Shown here one piece after another: positions 23,301 through 34,287 of a stretch of DNA of 64,000 bases. The notes beneath the pieces were generated by a model, which saw only the letters and a list, made by a program, of their open reading frames with translations, was not told the origin of the DNA and did no database searches. Numbering within the stretch: the stretch's first letter is position 1; every line of letters begins with the position of its first letter. This DNA is from Euglena gracilis (taxonomy: Eukaryota). Made by a program: the position numbers and the translations under genes. The stretch is from positions 43,336,632-43,400,631 of the forward strand of contig CP154954.1 of assembly GCA_039621445.1 (NCBI GenBank), read 5' to 3'.

Positions 23301-26004
23301 CCAGGGCCTTCTCCACCCGGGGGGCAAAGTGGACCCGTGAGGCCGCGGGCTCCCGCATTCCGAGCTCGATACCCACGAAGCGGAAGCTCGCGGCGGAGGT
23401 CAGGACCATGTTCGGGACAGGGACGGAGAGGCCCGCGCCGAGGGACGACCATAGCTGCACCTTCGTCACGCGGACGCCCAGCAAGGCGCACCAGCGCAGG
23501 TAGGCGGAGATGAGGGATGTGATAGCGTCACGGCCGGAGCCCACCAGGACGAGATCGTCGGCGAAGCTGAGGGAGGCCACGTGGTGTCCGGCGATATGCA
23601 CCCCGCAGCTGGAGGTGGCCGCCCATCGGTGGAACCCCTCGAACAGGATGTTCAAGAGATCAGGGCTGGCAGGGCAGCCTTGGGCCAGGCCATTGGCCGC
23701 GCGCCATGAGGAGCCGTCGACGTGGCCATACCGGAAGCGCCGGGAGACGGAGGTGTAGAACGCCTCGAAGCAGTCCACCGTGGCTGCTGGGACTCCCGCA
23801 TGTCGGAGGGTGCCGAACACCGCCCACCACGGGAGGGAGTCGAAGCACTTCATCACGTCGAAGGACGCAAGCCACAGCTCGGAGTCCTCGCGTGCGGAGC
23901 GCTCGATGAGGTCCGCGACCACCTGTGCCGCGGGCAGTGTACCCCGCTGCGAACGGAAGCCGAAGGCGGCGTCACTCAGCACGAACTGCTCCAGCGTGGA
24001 GGCCCAGGAGGTGACAGTCCCCTTGGCCCACACTCGATAGATCAGCTCCAGGACGGTGATGGGCCGCTGGTCTTGGGGCCGGACGCCGCCAGAGGACTTG
24101 GGCACCATGGCCACGTAGGCCTGCAGCCACTCCTGGGGCCAGCGGCGCTGTTGCTCCACCAGAGCGAGGAGGCGCGCCACAGCAGCGTACCACCATGTCG
24201 GCATGGCCTTCCACGCTGCCAGGGGGATGCCGGTGATGCCCGGGGCGGCGCCATCCCGCATGCTGCGGAGGGCGGACCGCACCCGCTCTGTCGTCCAGGG
24301 TACCGAGGGCCACGAGGCCGGCAGCAGAGTGGCGCCGAACTCCGAGGAGAGGAAGGCGCTCCAGCGGGCTGCGGGGTCCTGGGAGGCGTGCTGGCGCAGT
24401 ACACTGTCCACCCAGAAGGACTGGACCACTTGGTCGACGGCGGCATGGGTCATGCACTGGTAGCCGGAGGCGTCGAGGATGGGCCGGGCGCCAAAGGGAG
24501 GGGCTTCCGCCTTGAGCCAGCGGAAGATCACTGCGGGGCGCTCGTGCCACAGCTGGGGGAGGGCGTCCCGCCACCGGGTATGGCGGGCGCGGCGGTGGGC
24601 TTGGAGGGCGCTGTCCAGGGCGGTGCGGCGGGCGGCGGACGCTGCGGAGATGGCGCTGCGGAGGGCGGGGACGGTCGTGCGGGGGAGGTGGACACCGCGG
24701 GCGGCGAGGGAATCCAGCAGGCGGACCCAGGACCAGGGCCATGGGCCGGTGGAGGGCGGGCGGGCGGTGAGGCGCTCCAGGCGGTGCAGCTCCGCGAGCG
24801 TGCCACGGAGGTGCACCACCTTCACGGACTCGTACGCAGGCCGGCGGTGCGGGGCGCGCCGCGTCCAGCCGCCAGCCAGACTGACCAGACGCTGCAGGGC
24901 CGCGTGCAGGGCGGCCGAGAGGGACTCGAGCGTGTGGTCGCGGTCCGGGGACAGGGCGGCCACCTCTGGCGAGGCTTCCCAGGAAGTCAGGATCTCGTTC
25001 CACGCGGAGGACTGCAAGAGGTCGGCGGAGGGGCCGTACAGGAGGGGCGGTGGGCGGTCCACGGGGGGGCGCCATTCCAGGCGTCCGGCGGAGAGGGACA
25101 GGGAGACGAAGCACGGTGAGTGACCCCCATCGCGGAAGTCCGACTCCACGGAGGCGCCGCGGAGGAGGGGCATGGCGGCGTTGTTGGCCAGGATGAGGTC
25201 GATCCGGGAGGCCGCCACCTGGCCGGACAGCTGGGGGGAGTGGAAGGTCATTGGGAGGGGTTCGGGGAGGAGGGCTGCATGGGCGTCAGTCCACGGGGCT
25301 CCGGGACCCGTGAGGTGGGCCAGCAGGGGGCAGGGGGTACGCTGGCGGCCGCTGCGACTGCTGTAATCCCGGGAGGGCAGCACGGAGCCGTTCCAGTCCC
25401 CCAGCAGCAGTGTGGGTACCTGCATGTCGAGGGAGTGGGAGAGTTCGCGGAAGGCGAGGTCGAAGCTGGCGCGCTCTGCAGACTGCCGATCCAGCGGGGC
25501 GTACACGGAGAGCAGCAGCAGACCGCGGGGGAGGTCAGGGCGCGGCGGGAGGGAGACGGCGTGCAGGCGCCGCATGGACACCAGGCGGCACCACGCAGGA
25601 AACTGGGGGACCATCGGGGAGACGGGGAGGCCGCTGCGGCAGAGAAAGCCCACTCCGACAGAGCGGGCATGCTCGGAGTGCTCCAAGGGGGGGGCGGGGC
25701 GTCCATGGTGCAGGTGCAGCTGCAGGTGGCGGGTGGTGGTGTGTGCGCGCTCCAGCAGCACGGGGGCGAGGTGGGTCTCCTGCACTGCCAGGATATCGAA
25801 GGGAAGGGAGGCCACCGCGGCCACCTTGGCGGGTGTCCAGTGGGACATGTTCCACGTGCCGATGCGGAGAAGGGGCGGACGGGAAGGGGCTGGCGGCGGG
25901 GCGGTGACTGGGGAGGGGGAAGCGGGTCTTGATCCGGCGGCTCCGAGGGGTGTGACGACCGGCTCCCGCCCGAGCCGGGCGCCAGGGTAAGACATGTCAG
26001 TCAT
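20326..26004 (-). CDS. Retrotransposon ORF2 polyprotein: APE endonuclease (~25870-25110), reverse transcriptase (~24260-23360), RNase H (~22785-22385), CCHC zinc motif (~22000-21940), C-terminal extension
   Basis: APE motifs IGTWNM, AVQETH, SVYAP, LGDWNG, SRIDLI. RT motifs APGITG, QRPITVL, FGFR, FDVMKCFDSL, GLAQGCPASP, SFADDL, FRFVGI. RNase H motifs FTDGS, CELAAL, FSDSL, KVQAH, GNDQADSLAK. Zinc motif CPCC..EDDRHLLADCP. Confidence 0.97.
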   Translation of the reverse strand: MTDMSYPGARLGREPVVTPLGAAGSRPASPSPVTAPPPAPSRPPLLRIGTWNMSHWTPAKVAAVASLPFDILAVQETHLAPVLLERAHTTTRHLQLHLHHGRPAPPLEHSEHARSVGVGFLCRSGLPVSPMVPQFPAWCRLVSMRRLHAVSLPPRPDLPRGLLLLSVYAPLDRQSAERASFDLAFRELSHSLDMQVPTLLLGDWNGSVLPSRDYSSRSGRQRTPCPLLAHLTGPGAPWTDAHAALLPEPLPMTFHSPQLSGQVAASRIDLILANNAAMPLLRGASVESDFRDGGHSPCFVSLSLSAGRLEWRPPVDRPPPLLYGPSADLLQSSAWNEILTSWEASPEVAALSPDRDHTLESLSAALHAALQRLVSLAGGWTRRAPHRRPAYESVKVVHLRGTLAELHRLERLTARPPSTGPWPWSWVRLLDSLAARGVHLPRTTVPALRSAISAASAARRTALDSALQAHRRARHTRWRDALPQLWHERPAVIFRWLKAEAPPFGARPILDASGYQCMTHAAVDQVVQSFWVDSVLRQHASQDPAARWSAFLSSEFGATLLPASWPSVPWTTERVRSALRSMRDGAAPGITGIPLAAWKAMPTWWYAAVARLLALVEQQRRWPQEWLQAYVAMVPKSSGGVRPQDQRPITVLELIYRVWAKGTVTSWASTLEQFVLSDAAFGFRSQRGTLPAAQVVADLIERSAREDSELWLASFDVMKCFDSLPWWAVFGTLRHAGVPAATVDCFEAFYTSVSRRFRYGHVDGSSWRAANGLAQGCPASPDLLNILFEGFHRWAATSSCGVHIAGHHVASLSFADDLVLVGSGRDAITSLISAYLRWCALLGVRVTKVQLWSSLGAGLSVPVPNMVLTSAASFRFVGIELGMREPAASRVHFAPRVEKALAAAHRLRSLPLPAAVCCTLWRTAVLPQALYGCQLRNLLPADVALLAAAGKSLLHKPPLELNLWRSPDVAMGLPLGASAVREPLAEARLLQLQWLQLIANSPGLVGCLHRAIACPGPDWLEHSVALRAALQAVSWTVRRNPACPRASQWPALSPEPPYPGDVTLTAVDRLPAPGAAFTDGSLGRRGGAAAWFPDTEDFSLISVPAPRSSTHCELAALGAALRRCPSEVFSDSLCSLQLLLRWGSRSTAAALRCVDRFDVRHVLELARSCPSAPPLHKVQAHQEDAIASGHPLAIGNDQADSLAKRAARDTGLPVWDPPPSCRDAVELLDPSGAPVIDVLSAFPVTWWRRQRRSWGPPGTRPRLELLYPAEMDFDWPSSVAFAFVVVVVFLRPCCASGQFRHPVAPAVVKWVARVRSGCLATQARRLRCRWVDSALCPCCAEMDEDDRHLLADCPATGSRDWPAALPTLWASVALACRLAVPPPPADWLHQHHLPLTAALIPTSTLQHHPLSSADAVRFLRRLHVALAERLAELLSRRYTLVLADPSPGPAPAPPSPSAPRLRRPCPLPASRQPTVPTLRQWEISDRAAPRPPSTTTPTPPHGEARRLWLRSRLDELLRDEMVACPAASGCSAVAILALFESTTGEPFTASPGTPVKDRVSAVARVLSNLLAESALMQPPLSRIRRQGTFYYSRAPKTSLDADRWRRSTQAREAAHPAAALHHRMTSADSTFVPWIRDHRSLTPVPPDRGECNMALLLLWEIDHDRPFPSTGADPSKILSGFTRRLQTHVRQSPDLDWFFHKDVHLPLARGLPCSHHVRWSVQVVEPTAGAGAAWYHRFVAHWQLYLRSLLAPALPPVTPAAPMPLLPPAPSSSPPPDPASETATVSAVSVNAPAPADADPPSPPDPARPHRVAPKRRAVSSERRPPTPALSGRRPPASRSPLAADASSSARRPAPLPADPPPRKKQATLADWMQPARPRPPPHGRATEGPPT

Positions 26005-28205
26005 GGTGGGCAGCGCCCACCGAAGCAGAGCGGCGAGGCAGCTTCTGCTTGTCCTTCTCCGGCGTGGTCAGCACGGCGGGGTCGGTAGGACGCTTAGCAC
26101 CGGAGAGCGCGGCGGGGGTCATCGGGGGGTCTCCGCCAAAGCTGGCGGCGATCGCCTCGTCCTGCGCGAGCAGGGCCTCTGCGTCGCGCCGGTCGCGCAC
26201 GTCGCCGGGGGTGGACAGCGGCCGCGTTGGGGAGAGGGGCTCGGATGGGTGACCAGCGGGAGGAGAGGGCTCATAGGGGGGGACACTGAGGGGGCGCGGC
26301 AGGCGGCGGTTAGAGGAAGTAGCGGCGGCGAGTTGCCGACGGAGCGTGGCGTTCTCCTCCTGCACCGCGGCGAGTTGGCGTTGAAGACCCTCCAGGGCGC
26401 GGCGCATCTCACGCAGCTCCAGCACGAGGTTGTCCGTCGCGGCGGACAGCGGAGGTGGCGGGGCGGCGGATGGGGCGCGCGGGGCCGGTGCCCCTGCCGG
26501 CGTGAGGACTTGCTGTCGCTGTGCTGCACGGCGCTCCTTCCGCGAGCCTGGGGGGGGCGGGGGGTGGCCAAGCCGGTGGGGACGGGGCGGACAGGGTGGG
26601 CCGGGTGGCTGGGGCGGCCATGGATGACGGGGGGGGGATCTTCCGTGCACCGCCCCACGTCGAGGAGGGTGGCAGCGCTGAGGAGGGTGAGGCAGATCGT
26701 GGCGCAGATCGTGGCGAAGAACGAGGCGCAGAACGCGGCGGGGCGGACGCCGGGGTGAGTCGTGCAGCGCATGAACGTCCCCACCCGCCCGTGTCGAAGG
26801 AGAACTTCGCGGGGGTGCCCACGGCCTGCACGTAGGCCGCTCGACGGAACGGCCCGGCGGCGGCAAGGCGTGTCTGCAGCGGCTGCAAACCCAGCTGGGC
26901 GAGCAGCGACGGCAGCTGGAAGACGTCGGCGTCCTCGAGAGGGCCCAGCCGCCACCAGACCGCCCCCCGGACGGGGACGTGGATGTTGGCCTTGGCGTCA
27001 CCGAGGAGGAAGCGGATCTGCGCCTCCAGCTCCCCACGTCCAGGACCACCAACGATGCGGACGGCCACATCCTTTTCCGAAGGCAGCAAGCCCGCGAAGC
27101 CCTCCATCGCGTGGAGCTTCTCCCACAAGGCCGCCGCCTCCTCCCGGCGCCCGCGGAGCCACACCAGGTTGAAGTTGGCGCGATTGAGCGCTGGGGAGGT
27201 GTCCGCCGTCCAGAAGGGTCGCAGGAACACCCCAGCGCAGCCAGAGCCGCGCAGCCAGCGCGAAGCCTCAGCCCGCGGCACGGCCAAGATGGCCGCCAAG
27301 CCCCCATGGGTCAACTGCACCTGCTGAAGACGGTGGGCAGGGCCGAAAGTAATGCCCATCGCCCCAGCCAGCTTCTCCAGCGCCCGGCGAGCCTCTCGTT
27401 CGACTTGCCGCTGTCGGGTCGCCGGGGGTGCTACATACTCCACCCGCAGGAGCTCCACGGCAGAGGGTTCAGGGTCAGGGGGTAGGCCGCGGATCCACGT
27501 ACCGCTCAGCAAGGGGCGATCGGTGCCTGCGCGGCGCACCCGCAGGGCCACGAGGACCTTATTCCGGGGAAGGAACGCGGTTTCCCAGGTCGGCGGGGGG
27601 AGCTGCCGAGAGTCCGCGGGCACGCGGCGGATGGGGGCCCGCTCGCCCACGGCGATGACGTCCACGGCCAGCTGCGGGTCGTCGAAGAGGGCGACGGCCT
27701 GGGGGAGCAGGTGACGGAGGGTCTCCGCGTTCAGCTGGGCTGGGCAGCGCCGGCGCTCCACCACCGCGAGGACGGCGACGACGGACGCGGCGTCTTCCAA
27801 CGGGATCTGCAACCGCACCCTCTCCAGCCACTTCTCCAAGTGGGGGCGCGGTGGTACTAGCAGCAAGTGGGCCCCCCCGGGGCCCCATGGTCGGGCCACC
27901 GACGTCTGCAAGGCGTCGGCATCCACGACATCTGGGCCAGAAGCGAAGTCGCCTCCGACAACGCGTATGCCTTGCAGGTCAGCCATCTGGTCGGACTCGA
28001 GGTCATGGGCCAGCCCTCGGAGCCATTCTGGGTCCAGCCGCGTGTCGTACACGCGGACCGCCGCATCGGGGGCCACGGAGGTGGGTAGTGTCCAGCCAGC
28101 AGCGCGCAGAGTCGCCACCAGCTGGAGCTCCTGCAGTTGCCGCGGCTCCAAGCGTGTGGCAGGCGCGGGCGTGGGCCCCGAGGCAGTCTCCGCGGGGGTT
28201 CCCAT
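25997..28205 (-). CDS. Retrotransposon ORF1 (putative nucleic-acid chaperone with C-terminal coiled coil), split by a +1 frameshift at the C8 run 26550-26557; may extend 5' to ATG 28374 through a second +1 shift
   Basis: 598-aa ORF 28205-26409 lies upstream of ORF2. The coiled coil LVLELREMRRALEGLQRQLAAVQEENATLRRQL is in the overlapping frame, whose stop (25997) overlaps the ORF2 start. Removing one C joins WPPPAPP to GSRKERR. Confidence 0.8.
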
Positions 28206-28425
28206 TCAGGGCATGCTGCCGGCGGTTGCGGGCCTTGGAGCTCATCGCCCACAAGACGGTCGCGTCCGAAGCCGGGTCACCCCACCGCGCAGCCGTAGCG
28301 CAAGGGGGCAGTCTCCATGGGGACAGCATATCCTCGAGGAGCCGGTCAATGGGGTCAAAGGGGGTCAAGGTCATCAAGGGTGAGGGGGCTCCTTCGGGGC
28401 CGTGCAGCAAGACGCTGCAACCATA

Positions 28426-29030
<605 letters not shown>

Positions 29031-29399
29031 CATTCGGGGGTTGTGTTATGTATTTATGTTTACAAGTATTATCTCTGGGCAGCTTGACTCATTCTTGTAC
29101 AAAAATAATTGGAAACCATGTGGTGGAAATGCTGATGTATATGTGTGTTTCACGCTCGCACATGCATCGTCGTTTGTGCATAGTCGGTGTACGTTCATAG
29201 GGCGTGGCACTTTCGCGTTTTTCAATGTGCGGCTTCCTCGGCATTTGAGGGCACCCAAAACCCTCCCCCCCCTTTCATGCCCTTTCATGCAGAACATCGT
29301 CGAAAGTGCCACACACATTATCTGGTGCTGAATGCGGAGAGGCGCCGAACGGGACAAAACGGGCAGCCCCAAAAAAGTCTTGCCCATTCCGCCGCCGGC

Positions 29400-31645
29400 C
29401 GCAGCCCCCTGCCCCCAGCGGTCCGCCGCCGTGTGACCCTCGGCCGCTGACGCCGCCGGCCGGCCCGCAGTCCACCCCAACTGCCCCCGGCGGCTCCCCG
29501 CAGAAGTTCGGCCACTTCCAGGTGCTGTCCCCGAAGGTGGACCTCACCGCGGACGGCGGCTACTACGTGGGCATCCGCCCGGGACGACGGAACAAGGTCC
29601 TCTGCCACGCAGCACTCCCCCCCCCCCGGCGACTGATGAAAACCCCCAAAAATATAAGCAACCCGTTGTTTAAAGTTGGGTTTCACTGTACAGGGGGGAG
29701 GGGAATGGCTGCCGAAAAAAGTGGTATGGAAGAAATTGGTGGAACAGAATCCTGCCAAATGTTTTCGCGCCTTTTTTGGCCGATACCACAAATATTTTCA
29801 CGTCACTTTTGGAAAAATTTTCGAAAATCTCCATTTTTTTTCCGCTGGAGTTCATTCAGAAAATATACTCGATTGTGTTGTCTGAAATTTTCTTTCATAC
29901 CAAAGGCAACAATTGTTTAGCGACGACGGGGCTGTTTGTCATTTGATGGTGGTTTGAAGGCTTCCAATTAGTGTCATATGAGATTCAAATTCCTTTTTTT
30001 TTTCTCCTTAGATTTCTTTTTGCACACCGTCTGCAAAATTTTCTCCAAACATTCTTCACAAAACGTCTTGCCAAACATTTCCGGACGCCAAAGCGACCAA
30101 ATTTTTTCTATCTTCAATTTTCTTGCCACCAGGTTCTTTTGGCACCAATTCCCCCCAGGACTCGCCGAGGGTTGATTCAGTTCGGACAACAGTCAATGGA
30201 AAAAATGTCTCAAATTGCTCAAGTAATGGGATGATTGTCGAATAATCAGAGGAGGAAAATTTTTTTCAGAGTGAAATTATGCAACAACATACGTCCAAAA
30301 TCAGTACAGACTCAATCAGTTTGAGCGTTTCCCCTAAAATTCGGTTTTTATTTTATTTTTGAACTTTGCTTCGGGTTTCCTGTATTTTCTCTTCTTTTGA
30401 CTTCATTTTAGGGTTGTTGCTTAAATTTGGAGTTTTCTCTGGTCCTGGAGGGGGGGGGGGTTGCTTGAGTTTTGAGGTTGCTTATATTTGGGTATTGGTT
30501 GGTTCGGGCCCAAAGTTTGCTTAAATTTGGAGGGGCTGCTTGTATTTGGGGAGGGGTTTGGAGCAATTGCTTGGAACCCTGAAAATTTTGCAATCTATGT
30601 CACATTACACACATTCATAGTTTTTCCTTTATATCTTTTTTTCAATTTTGGAGGTCTTCAAATACACCATCTGCACTTTTTTTGTTGCGTCGCGTTAGAC
30701 AAAACAACGCCACATTTCCCAAACCACAAAATAAAGAGAGAGATTTGGCGATGTTGTGTTTTGTATTTGAATGATGAGATAACAGTGCAGGCAACTGGAC
30801 AATGCACCATGCAAATAATAATAATTGACAATAATGCAATTCCACCCTGCCACAAGCAAAACAGCCAGGGCCTGGTCGCCAGCCGGAGGGTACCCCATCC
30901 CCGGAGGAAGGGTCCAGCCAGCAAGCAACCTTTTTGCAGGAGACCCCAGATCTCCCTCCCCACCACCACTGATGAGTTGATTTCACTGTCCAGCTGCCCA
31001 AAGGACGGCTGGATGGTTACAGATTATTTGCTTTTGGAGGTTCGGAAGTGGAAAGTGAAAAATTGTGGGGGGAAAAGTGGAAGTGAAATTTTTTTGCCAA
31101 AGAATGGCAAAATGGGTCAAAGTTGTGTTTCGATTTTTTTATACAATCAGCAGTTTCGATGCATTTTTTGCAGTTTTTTTTGGGTACCAGCGCGAAGACA
31201 GCATCGTTTCTGCTTTTTGATTTGATATTTTGGCCTCCGAATTTTTCCCAGTAATGCATTGGTTTTGTGTGTGTATATATACACCCTCAGGGGAAGGACA
31301 TCCGCGTCATCAGCAAGAAGAACCGCCAGAAGCTGCAGGTCTGTACCACGTACACCTACGGACTGCAGGGGGCTGAGCAACACGGGGTCAGGGAGGGGGC
31401 CTCCCTGTGATCGAGTGGGACCCACTTTGTTGACTTGAGCCTTTTGTCTCCTGTCGTTCTCGAAGACAAATTGGCAGCGCAATTTCTGGTGGCAAAGCAA
31501 GTCATGCTCCCTCAAGAAACCGACCGGGAGGAAGGGACACCGAGGGCGAAGGACAAATGCCATATACAGCCCACAGCTGCTGCGGACTACGACAACTCCG
31601 GGGCGGCGCCGCAGGATCCCGAAGTGATGCACTTCCTGCGCCAGT
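29400..31645 (+). CDS. Three linked exons (~29400-29596, 31291-31337, 31575-~31645) of an unknown protein; further probable exons to ~40400
   Basis: ...SPQKFGHFQVLSPKVDLTADGGYYVGIRPGRRNK|GKDIRVISKKNRQKLQ|AAADYDNSGAAPQDPEVMHFL. First intron is GT-AG (29597-31290). Second (31338-31574) has CTGTA/TACAG pairing in the +4/-6 register. Strong GC3 bias. Confidence 0.6.
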
Positions 31646-31657
31646 CAGTGGCGCCCG

Positions 31658-31960
<303 letters not shown>

Positions 31961-33810
31961 GCACCTGACAAGTCGCCAGCAAGGCACCAGACAAGTCATC
32001 GGGAACAAGCCTGGGCGACAAACTCCCCCCCTTCGCAGGGTCCTCCCCTTGACCGCCACCCGCTCTGCCGGGGCATCGCGGCGGGGCGGGCCAGCGGCCG
32101 CGCCTGGAGCGTGGCATTGCTTGGCATCGCCCCCGGCAGCCGAGACGGCACCGCGCTGGAGGAATGCTGGGGGAGGGGGGCCCTCCCCCCGCAGTGGAAG
32201 CCAGCAGTAAAGTAAAGTTTCCCCGTTTTGCTTATGTAAGGTGCTTGACAAATGCTGAGGTTTTTTTTTTAGAGGCAGCCAAGAAGTAATTTCGGATTGA
32301 ATGGAAATCTGAAGGGGGGGGGGGAAGAAGGTTGGTAAGGTCCCGGGTAGTGAAGAGGAAGAAGAGTAGCATGCATACGCATGGCGAATGTGCATTTATG
32401 CATGTGCATTGTCTGCACATACATATACGCAGTTCAAAAGGTCGTTTCATTTTCATAGTCATTTTTGAATGTTCTGAAATTATTCTCCTCCTCAGCAATG
32501 GGTTGGCAGTGGTGGAGGAGAAACTTGGGTGCCCAATGGTGTGCCCAACACACAGAGGACACCACTGGTGAGCCCGTGTGTGAGCTTCGTTCAATGCCAT
32601 GCCAAGCATTCAATGTTCTCTTCGAAATCCCTGAATCGCTCTGTGCAGGATATTGGAATTTTCCAGCAGCCGTTCTGGCTTCCCCGGCTCTCAATTTTGA
32701 GTCTCAGTGTCCAATTATGCTTTGGTTTGTTTGTGTTCGGTTTGGATTTATGGCTGGGCCCTCAGGTTGGGGTCACACAGCAGATTGAAAGTTGATTAAC
32801 CAAACCAAACCAAACCATAATCGGATTCTGGAAGTTGTTGTGAAAAAAAAATGACCGGTTGTTCCTCCTCAAAGTTTTGAGACCACCAGCACCGAATCTG
32901 GGATTTCAAAGAGAACATGAAGTGTTTGGACGGCATCGAAAGAAGCTCATAGCCGTGATAGCAGTGGTGAAGGCTGTATGGTGTCTATAATTAGTCTCCA
33001 ATTATGTATGCATGAGGTGAAGCCCTGGATCAAGACTTGATTTCGGGAGTTACCGGTGGTTTTTTGGGGGGGTGTTTGCTGCTGCCGCCGCCTTTGAGCC
33101 TTAAAGCTTGACAGCTTAAAAGAAAACATTTGGGAAGGGACCTGTGAGCAATGGGACGCCGCAGATGCCAAGCCCGATGGGCTCGTCAGGCCCCTGCTCC
33201 AGTTGGTGTCTGCCTGCACAACAGAGCCCTGCCATCAATCTGATGTGGGAAGCAAATTTGAATCACACAAGCACCCAAGCTACTATAAATCTTGCTTGTT
33301 TTTTTTTTAAAAAAAAGAAGAGTAAGAAAAGAGGCTTAACTCAGGCCGATGCAAACAGTGCATATAATGGGATTTTCCTGACTTCTGGCAAGGGGCATAC
33401 GGGTCCTCCTTGGAAGGGTCTTCATGTGAGCCGATTCTTTTTTTGACGAAAACCTTCTTTTTTTGGGCAACGACATTCTTTTTGGGGGGGGCAACGGCAA
33501 CCACTCCAGCCAATCCCCTCTCAGAGGCACGAGCAGGTGCCTGCCGGCACATTTTGGTGCCCCGATTCCTTTTTCCAGTCCACTGTCGCATTCATATTGT
33601 GCCCATACCAGTGCTCAACGCTGGGGGGGGGGAAGGAGAGAGGCAGAGCACTGGCATGTGTGAGACGTGTGACTTCGCCGAGCGGCTGGTGTACCCGAGC
33701 CTGGCATGTGTGGTTGTGTATGCCCCCACCCTACATCAGACTCAGGCCAGGCACTCCACTGGTCCTGTGATTTTATTTCTCTCGTTGAATGTTCCCCTGT
33801 AATCAGACGC

Positions 33811-33981
<171 letters not shown>

Positions 33982-34287
33982 ACATGCGTGCATGATACTC
34001 CACACGTTTGCGAACCACCAGATTGGCCAGAAGTGGTCGATAGTATTGGCAAACATCCCACGTGGACATTTTTTTACTGTGGGAGAATGGGGAGGCTGAA
34101 GAGGGTCAATTCCAATATTTTCGGTCTAATTGCCCCCCTCGAAGATACTCTCAATGAAAACACCCTGGGGGCTAGTGAGCAGCTTCGGCGCAACCTTGCC
34201 ACACGAGACGCTGGAGACCAGACACCCGGTGTGTGTGCAGGGTTCGCTGGATGGAGGCCAGGGAATTTCTTAAGCCAGAGGGTACCC

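Larger units (their letters stand above)
20219..28425 (-). mobile_element. Non-LTR retrotransposon (LINE), two ORFs, APE-RT-RNase H type, ~8.2 kb, with a 23-bp flanking direct repeat
   Basis: ORF1 plus an uninterrupted 1892-aa ORF2. CGTAGGAGTAGGAGTAGGAGTAG lies at both 20196-20218 and 28426-28448. No LTRs. Confidence 0.95.

Noticed and set aside
20252-27300. Many overlapping and antisense ORFs within the LINE
   Set aside because: Shadows of very GC-rich coding sequence with no recognisable motifs; only the coiled-coil frame was retained
28206-28425. HDV-like or hammerhead ribozyme at the LINE 5' end
   Set aside because: No complete CUGANGA/GAAA core or nested double pseudoknot could be identified by eye; needs a covariance or descriptor search
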